Program-made: the position numbers and the translations under genes
IMG/VR virus record: IMGVR_UViG_3300018079_000006
From: a virus
Reading direction: 5' to 3' (one strand)
Length of the DNA stretch: 50,046 nucleotides
The notes under the pieces: generated by a model
What the model was told of the DNA's origin: nothing
What the model saw: only the letters and a program-made list of their open reading frames with translations
The model's database searches: none
Shown here: positions 35,203 through 41,851 of the stretch, one piece after another
How positions within the stretch are numbered: position 1 is the stretch's first letter
Layout of the letters: the number at the start of each line of letters is the position of its first letter

Positions 35203-35871
35203 TAGACCTCCTCCTGCTGGACCGCCACTAAGATGCACTCCAATATGTCTTCCACGTCGTCCCAGCTTGCAACCGGGATGTCGTCTTCCTCCTTCTTCCA
35301 CAAGCAACTGAGCGCGACTCTGATTCATCTCCTCTAGCTCCTGGATGCGGGTCAGGTACTCAGTCTTGTATCCAGCTGCCAGCTCTGAGAGGTTCCGCAC
35401 CTCCTCTTCTAGCTGTTGGATGTGAGTGTCCATCTCGGCAGCGTGAATCGCCAGCTCCTCGCATCCGGCTCGTGTGCCCTCGGCATAGCTCGCCTTCGTC
35501 GCTTCGAACAGGAACAGTTTGCGTTCCTCGGGAGTCCAGGCAGCAGGAGTCCGCAGACGCCCGACCTCACGCCGGAGTTCGTTGTTCGCGTCTCGGAATG
35601 TTTCCACGTTTGTGAGCGCCGCAACGTATTCAACAAGTCGCTCGTCTAGTGCCTTCTCTAGTTGTTGGATGCGGGTTCCACGTTGCTGGCAGCATTCAAG
35701 CTCTTCCTCGAATCCCACCTTGAGCGATTCCATCTCCTCCCGGATGGTGGTGAGGGCTTCATGAGCCTCGTCGAAGCGGGTAATTTCCATACCCCTGCCC
35801 CTGTGCCCATCAGGTGCTGTAAGGTCGATCTGCCCGCGAATGACCTCGATCATGTCGTCTATTTCATTCAT
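35202..35871 (-). CDS. Coiled-coil family member 1 (three RIQ(Q/E)LE motifs); needs a +1 frame change near 35283-35300
   Basis: Span is 670 nt (3n+1). Third-position GC collapses in the track frame after ...AQLLVEE. It is restored in the +1 frame, which reads EEDDIPVASWDDVEDILECILVAVQQEEV-stop. Confidence 0.5.
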
Positions 35872-36427
35872 ACCGTCTCTCCCGGGTCAGTGTGGTCGAG
35901 GGCTTGGCGAAGTCGCCTAAAGGTCGTCGGGGCGAACGCTCCATATGTGCGCATTCGCCACCAACTGACGAGCCGCCTCTCTAGTTCTTGGATGCGGGCT
36001 TCAGCTTCGACTAGCTGGTCTGCCATGTCGGACACGGCTAGGTTGTCCGTCGCGTCCGCAAGCTCTTCCCCTAGCTCTTGGATGCGGGTACGAAGCGTCG
36101 TTGTCGCCTTCCCGCATCCACGAGCAGCGGCCTCAGCTAACCTTGCTCGCTCCTCCATCTCCTCCCACTCGGAGCGGATGGTGGTGAGGGCTTCGAGGGC
36201 TTCATCGCAACCGCAGTTGCAAGCATCTACGAGGTCCGGGTACCGAGCACAATCCTCATCGTGTTCTATCCGGTTCTCTACCACGTCGAACAGTTCGTCT
36301 ATCTCGCTCATGGCTTCTCCTGGTCGAGGGCGTTACGGGCGATGTCCTGATAGGACTCCTCAAACGACTTCCCACAGCCGGTACACCAACCTTCGTCGTA
36401 CCGCCTCTCTAGTTCTTGGATGCGGGC
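35331..36427 (-). repeat. Six dispersed copies of a 20-27 nt motif (plus strand CTAG[CT]T[CG][CT]TGGATG[CT]G[GA]G)
   Basis: Copies lie at 35331-35353, 35406-35428, 35653-35678, 35973-35999, 36067-36090 and 36401-36427. The 35973 and 36401 copies are an identical 27-mer, ccgcctctctagttcttggatgcgggc. A second shared 20-mer, cggatggtggtgagggcttc, lies at 35741-35760 and 36175-36194. Confidence 0.9.
35868..36311 (-). CDS. Coiled-coil family member 2
   Basis: MSEIDELFDVV..., EALTTIRSEWE and two RIQELE motifs; ATGA overlaps at both ends. Confidence 0.65.
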   Translation of the reverse strand: MSEIDELFDVVENRIEHDEDCARYPDLVDACNCGCDEALEALTTIRSEWEEMEERARLAEAAARGCGKATTTLRTRIQELGEELADATDNLAVSDMADQLVEAEARIQELERRLVSWWRMRTYGAFAPTTFRRLRQALDHTDPGETV

Positions 36428-36670
36428 CAAGGCTCGCTGTAGATGCGGAACCGCCTCACCAAGGGGTCGGTCAGGATAAGCCCGTGCCTTCCACTCGTCC
36501 CGTTCCTGCACCATCTTCTCCCATTGGGAGCGGATGGAGATGAGGGCTGTTCGAGCTTCGTCTACGTCGGCTGGGTCGCCTCCTACCCATCCGCCCATCG
36601 AGCGGTCGTAGTCGCCATAGACCAGCGCCTTCTTCACCACACTGAACAGCTCGTCTACCTCATCGTTCAT
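36308..36670 (-). CDS. Coiled-coil family member 3
   Basis: ATG 36670 in an ATGA overlap; MNDEVDELFSVV..., ALISIRSQWE, ARIQELERR. Confidence 0.6.
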   Translation of the reverse strand: MNDEVDELFSVVKKALVYGDYDRSMGGWVGGDPADVDEARTALISIRSQWEKMVQERDEWKARAYPDRPLGEAVPHLQRALARIQELERRYDEGWCTGCGKSFEESYQDIARNALDQEKP

Positions 36671-36861
36671 AGTTTCTCCTGATTGAGGGCGTTGCGGGCG
36701 CGTTCGATGTAGCCGTCGTGCTCCCACTTCTCGGCGAAGTAGTCGGACACGTAGGGCCTCATCTCCTCAAGGCCCTCAAGGGCGTCCCTTAGCGCCTCCT
36801 GTTGCTTGAAGTACAGCGCGCGTAATTCCTCGTAATCCATTTCTAGCGTACGCCGGGTCAT
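36667..36861 (-). CDS. 64-aa helical protein
   Basis: ATGA overlaps at both ends; C-terminus NALNQEKL. Confidence 0.55.
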   Translation of the reverse strand: MTRRTLEMDYEELRALYFKQQEALRDALEGLEEMRPYVSDYFAEKWEHDGYIERARNALNQEKL

Positions 36862-37115
36862 GGTTTCTCCCTTTGAATCTCGAACGCCAATTTTGTAATG
36901 GCCGTGCTGAGCCGACTCGGAAGGTTCCCGTAAAGGTCTTCCAACAGGCCGATGATCTGGTTGGCGCACGCGACGGCGGTGGGCGCGTGGTTGTCTCGGT
37001 CGGGCGGCACGCCATACCTGTGCGCCCGCAACCCACACCTCTCGCAGATTGGGTTGAGCGCATCTAGTTTCGCCTGAAGCTTTTGAGCTAGTGCTCGCCA
37101 GTCTTCTTGTTTCAT
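36858..37115 (-). CDS. 85-aa hypothetical protein
   Basis: ATG 37115 in ATGA overlap with the primase-helicase stop; C-terminus EIQREKP. Confidence 0.55.
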   Translation of the reverse strand: MKQEDWRALAQKLQAKLDALNPICERCGLRAHRYGVPPDRDNHAPTAVACANQIIGLLEDLYGNLPSRLSTAITKLAFEIQREKP

Positions 37116-38689
37116 AGCTTCTCCTCTTTCAGTTTGGCCGCCTCGCGGGCTTCCCGCAAGCGGTCGAGCAGGGACGGTGGTGCATCTGGCTTTGGTTCCG
37201 GCGGGGGCGGGGAGCCCCCTTCCTCGTGCCACATGCTCCCCAAGTCCACGTCGTGATCATCAATTACCCTGAAGTCGATGTTGTTGTTGTCGGTCTTCAC
37301 GGTGATCGGCTTCGGTATCGAAGCGTCCCCCCGCACCTTCTTAACCCTAATCCTGACCTTGTGGTTGTCGTCCTCATCGGGCCGCTCGAACATCAAGTTC
37401 TGGTCCATCTTGTCGCCCTTGGAAGACGCGCCCCTGGCCCAATCGGGTTGCACCTTCCCCCGCTCGGTCAGGATCGCCTGCCCCGTGTTGTCGAGAATCA
37501 GCAAGGTAGCCCCAGTTTCCTCGATCAGCGGGAGGAAGAACTCCTGGTCCAGCCGGGCAACAGCGTCGTTGTCGTTGGAATTGCCTCTCTGAGCTGCCGA
37601 CCAGGAGTCCACCACGATCAGGCTATAACCCTTGAGCAGGTCGCAGGCCGCCGCCAGGTCGTTGCTGCTCTCAAAAGAGAGCCTGCGGAATAGCTTGAAC
37701 CTGTCCCTGGGCGGGTTCAACTTCTTGAGCCGCTTGGCGACCTCCTTCGGCTGCATCTCTAGGCTGAAGTACGCCGCCTTGTGCCCTTCTTTCGCCAGCT
37801 GCGAGGCCACCCACATCGCCCACAAAGACTTCAGCGACCCGGCAGGCCCGTATGCCATCACCCGGCTGTTCGCCGGGATGTAGTTGTCCAACAGCCAGTC
37901 CACCTCGGGAGCCTCGTACCTCTCCCAGTCCATCTCCTCAAACTCGCGGCCGTCGGTAATGACGTGGCGCTCAAGATCCTTCAAGCCGTAACCCTGGTTG
38001 AAGAGATCGGTCACATCCTTGCCGTGTGGGTTCTTCCACACGCCTAGCCCCTTGCAAGAGCCGCGAAGGGCATTCTTGACTCGCATGGCACCTTCAATGC
38101 CGGGCTGGTCGTTGTCGGCGATGATGTCTACGTGCTTGTCCCTTAAGGACGGCAGGTATTCGTCCTTCCAATTTCCGGCGCCGCCGAGTAGGGTTGTTCC
38201 GACAACCCCCTCGCCTCTAAGCGTCTCGACATCCTTCTCGCCTTCGACTACCCAGACATGCTCCGCCCCCACTACCTCGGGCAGGTTGTAAAGCACCCTT
38301 CTGGTTTCGAATAGGCGGTTCTTCCACATGTTGTCTGCGGGGTCCCACCGCTCCTGGCGGAAGCTCTTGGGCCACGTCCTCGTGACCCGGATCAGAGGGT
38401 CCCCCGCCTCGTCTGTGTAGACGTATTGTGCTACGTCGAATCCACCGTCTTTGTTGTTGAACAAATCCTTCATATCCAAGCCGAGGGCCGCGACGACCAA
38501 GGGTGTATCACACCCCGCGAAGCAGTGAATCAATGCTCTGCCGTCGTCGCCCCTAGCTACGCTCAGCGACGCGCGCCCGTCCTCGTGGGACGGGCAACGC
38601 GCACTGAACTTGGAACCATTCTGTCTCTCAATGATGCCAGCACCGTCAGCGGCCTGGAGTACGCGATCGTAACCGTTACCTGCTGTCAC
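37112..38689 (-). CDS. Bifunctional primase-helicase
   Basis: Zn finger CPSHEDGRASLSV...HCFAGC; TOPRIM VWVVEGEKD and DIIADNDQPG; P-loop GPAGSLKS; Walker B LIVVDSW; GTG start after GGAGGAC. Confidence 0.85.
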   Translation of the reverse strand: MTAGNGYDRVLQAADGAGIIERQNGSKFSARCPSHEDGRASLSVARGDDGRALIHCFAGCDTPLVVAALGLDMKDLFNNKDGGFDVAQYVYTDEAGDPLIRVTRTWPKSFRQERWDPADNMWKNRLFETRRVLYNLPEVVGAEHVWVVEGEKDVETLRGEGVVGTTLLGGAGNWKDEYLPSLRDKHVDIIADNDQPGIEGAMRVKNALRGSCKGLGVWKNPHGKDVTDLFNQGYGLKDLERHVITDGREFEEMDWERYEAPEVDWLLDNYIPANSRVMAYGPAGSLKSLWAMWVASQLAKEGHKAAYFSLEMQPKEVAKRLKKLNPPRDRFKLFRRLSFESSNDLAAACDLLKGYSLIVVDSWSAAQRGNSNDNDAVARLDQEFFLPLIEETGATLLILDNTGQAILTERGKVQPDWARGASSKGDKMDQNLMFERPDEDDNHKVRIRVKKVRGDASIPKPITVKTDNNNIDFRVIDDHDVDLGSMWHEEGGSPPPPEPKPDAPPSLLDRLREAREAAKLKEEKL

Positions 38690-38712
38690 TGTCCTCCATC
38701 TTTCCCGCTCTT

Positions 38713-38765
38713 ATCCCGGGGGCCTTGAAGATAATGCTGCCAGATCCCGGGGGAAGATAATGCTG
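38713..38765. repeat. Two direct repeats upstream of the primase-helicase gene
   Basis: ATCCCGGGGGCCTTGAAGATAATGCTG (38713-38739) and ATCCCGGGGGAAGATAATGCTG (38744-38765). Confidence 0.85.
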
Positions 38766-38776
38766 GCGCTTGCGCA

Positions 38777-38887
38777 TCAGATGACCTCAGCTAACCACTC
38801 GCAGTACCTCAACAATGCGACGATGGCGAGCGGCCATAAAACGAGAAAGGCCAGAACGCCCGCCGCAATCAGTATCGTCGTTCGCAT
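38777..38887 (-). CDS. Unlisted 36-aa membrane peptide
   Basis: GGGAGTGAG SD; MRTTILIAAGVLAFLVLWPLAIVALLRYCEWLAEVI. Confidence 0.45.
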   Translation of the reverse strand: MRTTILIAAGVLAFLVLWPLAIVALLRYCEWLAEVI

Positions 38888-38914
38888 CTCACTCCCTTCG
38901 ACCATACGCAATTT

Positions 38915-39250
38915 CTAGCTATTTGCGTCTACAATGATCTGACTTCTCTTGCTCATCTCGATCCGGACCTCGACGGGCTCTCCGCCCTTCTCAAAGTGAT
39001 CCTTGAGTGCCGCCAACAGACGGTCTCTCGAAAACACCTTTCCCTTACCGAAACCGAGCATTCGGCTTTCGCCTTCTACCTCGATTCCGAGAACCCATCG
39101 GGGGCCGTACTGGGTGGTCGTGCTATCAACTGACGTAATCGGGAAGCTTGCGCCCTCGTCAATGAGGAGCTGCTTCTCGCCCGCAGTCAAGAAGTTACTA
39201 TCACCGCTGTTTGGATTCTCATCCTCGTAGCCATCGAAGAACCCTGCCAT
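38915..39250 (-). CDS. Hypothetical protein
   Basis: ATG 39250 after GGGAGAG; the ORF-track N-terminal 100 aa are S/T/R/Q-rich read-through of other genes. Confidence 0.6.
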   Translation of the reverse strand: MAGFFDGYEDENPNSGDSNFLTAGEKQLLIDEGASFPITSVDSTTTQYGPRWVLGIEVEGESRMLGFGKGKVFSRDRLLAALKDHFEKGGEPVEVRIEMSKRSQIIVDANS

Positions 39251-39252
39251 GT

Positions 39253-39420
39253 TTACTCTCCCTTCGCCCGGTCCCCCGGGAATAGCGGTGCCACCTCTGA
39301 CTTGCCCTTGCAAGCCAAACAATCGGCCCCGTACTTGTGTTCCCAAATCTTGCTGCTGCTGCTGCGGTGGACGACTGAATACTTCTCGCCCGCCTTGTTG
39401 ATGTATACGTAGGTCTTCAC
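39253..39420 (-). CDS. Unlisted 55-aa protein starting GTGAAGACC
   Basis: GTGA overlap with the upstream stop; VKTYVYINKAGEKYSVVHRSSSSKIWEHKYGADCLACKGK... Confidence 0.5.
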   Translation of the reverse strand: MKTYVYINKAGEKYSVVHRSSSSKIWEHKYGADCLACKGKSEVAPLFPGDRAKGE

Positions 39421-39575
39421 GGGTGGACCACCAAGACCTTCCAGCCCAGCTTCGGGGCGTGGTAGTCGAACTCGTACCAGAAGTCTTCCGGGTGCCCGAC
39501 GAAGTACAGCTCGCCGTTCGCGTCGTAGACCCTGAACCAGTCCTGCGACTCATACTCCAGCTTGACGGTCTTCAC
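39417..39575 (-). CDS. 52-aa protein starting GTGAAGACC
   Basis: GGAAGG SD and GTGA overlap; VKTVKLEYESQDWFRVYDANGELYFVGHPEDFWYEFDYHAPKLGWKVLVVHP. Confidence 0.5.
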   Translation of the reverse strand: MKTVKLEYESQDWFRVYDANGELYFVGHPEDFWYEFDYHAPKLGWKVLVVHP

Positions 39576-39604
39576 TTCACCTTCCCTTTCTTGTAGGTCT
39601 TCAC
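39572..39604 (-). CDS. 10-codon relay mini-ORF (VKTYKKGKVK)
   Basis: GTGA overlaps at both ends; shares GTGAAGACCTAC with 39253-39420. Confidence 0.3.
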   Translation of the reverse strand: MKTYKKGKVK

Positions 39605-39888
39605 GATCTTCCCTTCGCCCGCTTGACCACCTTGCTCGCACCCTTGCCGATCGAGTAGATGCCGTGCTTCTTCCCGCATCCATCGTTGCAGCAGGCCGGG
39701 CCGGTCCGGGCGCGGTACGCCCCGCCACTGAACCTGGGTTCCCTGGTGACCTCGCGCAGGAAAGCACCGGTCTCGGACATGCGCACCACGAGTCCCCGCG
39801 GGGCACGATGCTTGCCTCGTAGCGCCATGACCATAGGATAACATGCCGGGCGGCGATCCCGAACTTGGCCGGGCGAGCAGCTACTCAT
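39601..39888 (-). CDS. Hypothetical basic Cys-containing protein
   Basis: High third-position GC in this frame only; GGAG 9 nt before ATG 39888; contains GPACCNDGCGKKHGIYSIGKG. Confidence 0.55.
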   Translation of the reverse strand: MSSCSPGQVRDRRPACYPMVMALRGKHRAPRGLVVRMSETGAFLREVTREPRFSGGAYRARTGPACCNDGCGKKHGIYSIGKGASKVVKRAKGRS

Positions 39889-40021
39889 GGGTAATAGCTC
39901 CTATCCTTAGATTTTCTGAGAATCTATTACCTACAATATCTATATCAGAGTTGCTGATTATTTGAGTAATCGAGGATCTGATTCTCAGATAATTGAATCC
40001 ATTACTATACGCCCTACGTCC
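39889..40021 (-). promoter_or_regulatory. AT-rich intergenic control region with a 10-bp inverted repeat
   Basis: TCTGAGAATC (39925-39934) and GATTCTCAGA (39979-39988), with coordinates +/-2. A minus-strand TATAGT at 40009-40004 lies upstream of the repeat. Confidence 0.35.
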
Positions 40022-40195
40022 TTATTTCGACCACATTTCCCGCCAAACTACAACACTACCATCGGGAAACAGAACCGTTCTCTTGCGATAAACGAACAAT
40101 TGTGTCTCACGCTTTACTTCACCTGGACGATGCGGTTCCATTGGGTGTAAAATGACCGCGAACCGAAGCGAGTAATCCTTCTTGTCTCTGTTCAT
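40022..40195 (-). CDS. Unlisted 57-aa hypothetical protein
   Basis: ATGA overlap with the upstream stop; MNRDKKDYSLRFAVILHPMEPHRPGEVKRETQLFVYRKRTVLFPDGSVVVWREMWSK. Confidence 0.5.
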   Translation of the reverse strand: MNRDKKDYSLRFAVILHPMEPHRPGEVKRETQLFVYRKRTVLFPDGSVVVWREMWSK

Positions 40196-40386
40196 GACTC
40201 ATCCTTTCGAATGATCTCCTCGTCGATGCTCCCCGAGGTGAACCCGTTCTCGGCCCATCGCTCAAAGTTCCGGTACCTGTTGTGCTCATCCTGACGGCCT
40301 CGCCGGATCATCGCCCGTTGCTCTTTCGTGGCCTTGCGAGAGATGCTGTCAGGATGTGTCAAGGAACCGAACATAGGGTTGCTCAT
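40192..40386 (-). CDS. Hypothetical protein
   Basis: ATG 40386 after AGGGAGGAAAAC; ATGA overlap. Confidence 0.55.
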   Translation of the reverse strand: MSNPMFGSLTHPDSISRKATKEQRAMIRRGRQDEHNRYRNFERWAENGFTSGSIDEEIIRKDES

Positions 40387-40514
40387 GTTTTCCTCCCTTC
40401 TCGGGGCGGGCAAGCACACGGCTCTGGAAGCCGACGACGTGTGCCACATTGGTCACACGTCACATACTCAAACGGGTTGTCTTGCCTTTCGGGTGTTGCT
40501 CTCGGCTCGGTCAT
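40383..40514 (-). CDS. Unlisted 43-aa Cys-rich mini-protein
   Basis: TGATG junction; MTEPRATPERQDNPFEYVTCDQCGTRRRLPEPCACPPREGRKT. Confidence 0.45.
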   Translation of the reverse strand: MTEPRATPERQDNPFEYVTCDQCGTRRRLPEPCACPPREGRKT

Positions 40515-40792
40515 CACATGTTCCTACGATCGGTAATCTCAGTCACCGCGTCATCGATGATCTCGATGTTCACTTCGAGTTGCTGGTGCGAGAGCTTTGG
40601 ATGGGCCGTCAGCGTGGTCTCTACCCATTTCGGGCTCCTGTCGGCTGCTTCCGCTACTTCGACCTGAGAGATCCTTCGGTCTTCCATTAGCAACAGCGTG
40701 TTGATGATCTTCCAGAACAGGTCGATCCGCCCGCTCTCGGCGAGCTTGTCGAGGTACTGCTTTCGGTTCCCCTCTTCACGCACTGTCTTCAT
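40514..40792 (-). CDS. Putative HTH DNA-binding protein
   Basis: RISQVEVAEAADRSPKWVE has a helix-turn-helix-like pattern; AAGGAA SD. Confidence 0.4.
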   Translation of the reverse strand: MKTVREEGNRKQYLDKLAESGRIDLFWKIINTLLLMEDRRISQVEVAEAADRSPKWVETTLTAHPKLSHQQLEVNIEIIDDAVTEITDRRNM

Positions 40793-41228
40793 CTGATTTT
40801 CCTTTCGTGGCTAGCTGAAGAGATACCCGATCCGCCCTCTTCCTGTTCGAGGGGTCGTTCCACCATTGGTTGATCCCGGAGGGGTGGGGGAAGACCATCA
40901 CGGCCCGGCCTTCGTGCTCGATCCACTCCAGGATCGGGGCGGTGCCGCTCAGCCCGAACGCTCGGGAGACCCTCCGGCCCAGCAGGACGAGGGGGACGCT
41001 CTTGGGCGTGCCGCGCTTGTATCGCCGCGCGGCCTCCCGCGCTGGTCCGATCGGGAAGGCGCAACCCTTGCTCTGTCGGCCGGGAAATTCCGAGAGGAGG
41101 TTCTTACCGGGGAGCCTCGGAATCCGACCCCTGAAGTACGTCGCCTCCCAGAACACCTGCCCCGAGGCGTTCGGGGCCTCGCCGACGAGCCTGGGCACGC
41201 CCCGACCCTCTTGATATCCAGCTTCCAT
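40776..41228 (-). CDS. Uracil-DNA glycosylase superfamily protein (family 4/5-like)
   Basis: Motif A-like VGEAPN and motif B-like FPHPSGINQWWN. Confidence 0.6.
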   Translation of the reverse strand: MEAGYQEGRGVPRLVGEAPNASGQVFWEATYFRGRIPRLPGKNLLSEFPGRQSKGCAFPIGPAREAARRYKRGTPKSVPLVLLGRRVSRAFGLSGTAPILEWIEHEGRAVMVFPHPSGINQWWNDPSNRKRADRVSLQLATKGKSDEDSA

Positions 41229-41434
41229 CAGAGTGCACCTCTCTGCAGCTGTTTGATCAACTGTATCCTGGGGACATCCTCAAACAGTTCTGCGAGCACC
41301 AGTTCTAGCGGGTCGCGCGCTCCGGGCGCTAATACCTGGAACGTGGGATCGTCCAGGTGCTCCACGTACGTCAGGAACTCTGTGATCGTGGCATCGATCA
41401 GCTCTTCTGGCATGGGTCCCGCTTCATGAATCAT
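41228..41434 (-). CDS. Hypothetical acidic protein
   Basis: Start is uncertain (41434 or 41449). Confidence 0.5.
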   Translation of the reverse strand: MIHEAGPMPEELIDATITEFLTYVEHLDDPTFQVLAPGARDPLELVLAELFEDVPRIQLIKQLQRGAL

Positions 41435-41675
41435 GTCTAACACTCCCAATAAACAAAGGTCCAGGCTCGGGACAATCGTTCCATGGAGACGGGTCGATCA
41501 GGATGTGACCATCCGTCACCATGACGTGCTCCCAGTATGTATTTCCCGACGCCCTAGTGAGGCGGATAGACTTTAGACCTTTCACGCGACGACAGAACCA
41601 ATTGGCAGCTTGAACGCAACCTATTTTCGTTCTGTCTTTACTTCTCCACTGGGCTAGTGCTTCGTCGAGGGTCAT
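41424..41675 (-). CDS. Hypothetical protein
   Basis: 83 aa with ATGA overlap at the start. Confidence 0.55.
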   Translation of the reverse strand: MTLDEALAQWRSKDRTKIGCVQAANWFCRRVKGLKSIRLTRASGNTYWEHVMVTDGHILIDPSPWNDCPEPGPLFIGSVRHDS

Positions 41676-41851
41676 CGTCCGGCCTTTCTGTCCGTTCGCG
41701 AGACTTTACACCAGCGCACTTTACGGCTGGCCATCAGCGCGAAAGCAACCTTGTCCATCTGTTCACGGCCCTTACGATCGTCGCGCTCAACACGCTCGAC
41801 CTTGTGCTGGCCGTTCGTCCGCGAGACCGTCAACTCAAGGAACGTCGTCAT
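41672..41851 (-). CDS. Hypothetical basic protein
   Basis: ATG 41851 in an ATGA overlap. Confidence 0.5.
   Translation of the reverse strand: MTTFLELTVSRTNGQHKVERVERDDRKGREQMDKVAFALMASRKVRWCKVSRTDRKAGR

Noticed and set aside
35662-36543. 293-aa plus-strand ORF across the coiled-coil gene family
   Set aside because: It is Ser/Arg-rich antisense translation. The minus-strand genes have SDs, ATGA coupling and conserved paralogous motifs.
38915-39553. 212-aa version of the ORF ending at 38915
   Set aside because: Its N-terminal 100 aa (S/T/R/G/Q-rich) overlap two better-supported small genes in other frames. A strong SD precedes the internal ATG at 39250.
40866-41429. 187-aa plus-strand ORF antisense to the UDG-like gene
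   Set aside because: It is Arg/Pro/Gly-rich with no SD, and the opposite strand has the UDG motifs.
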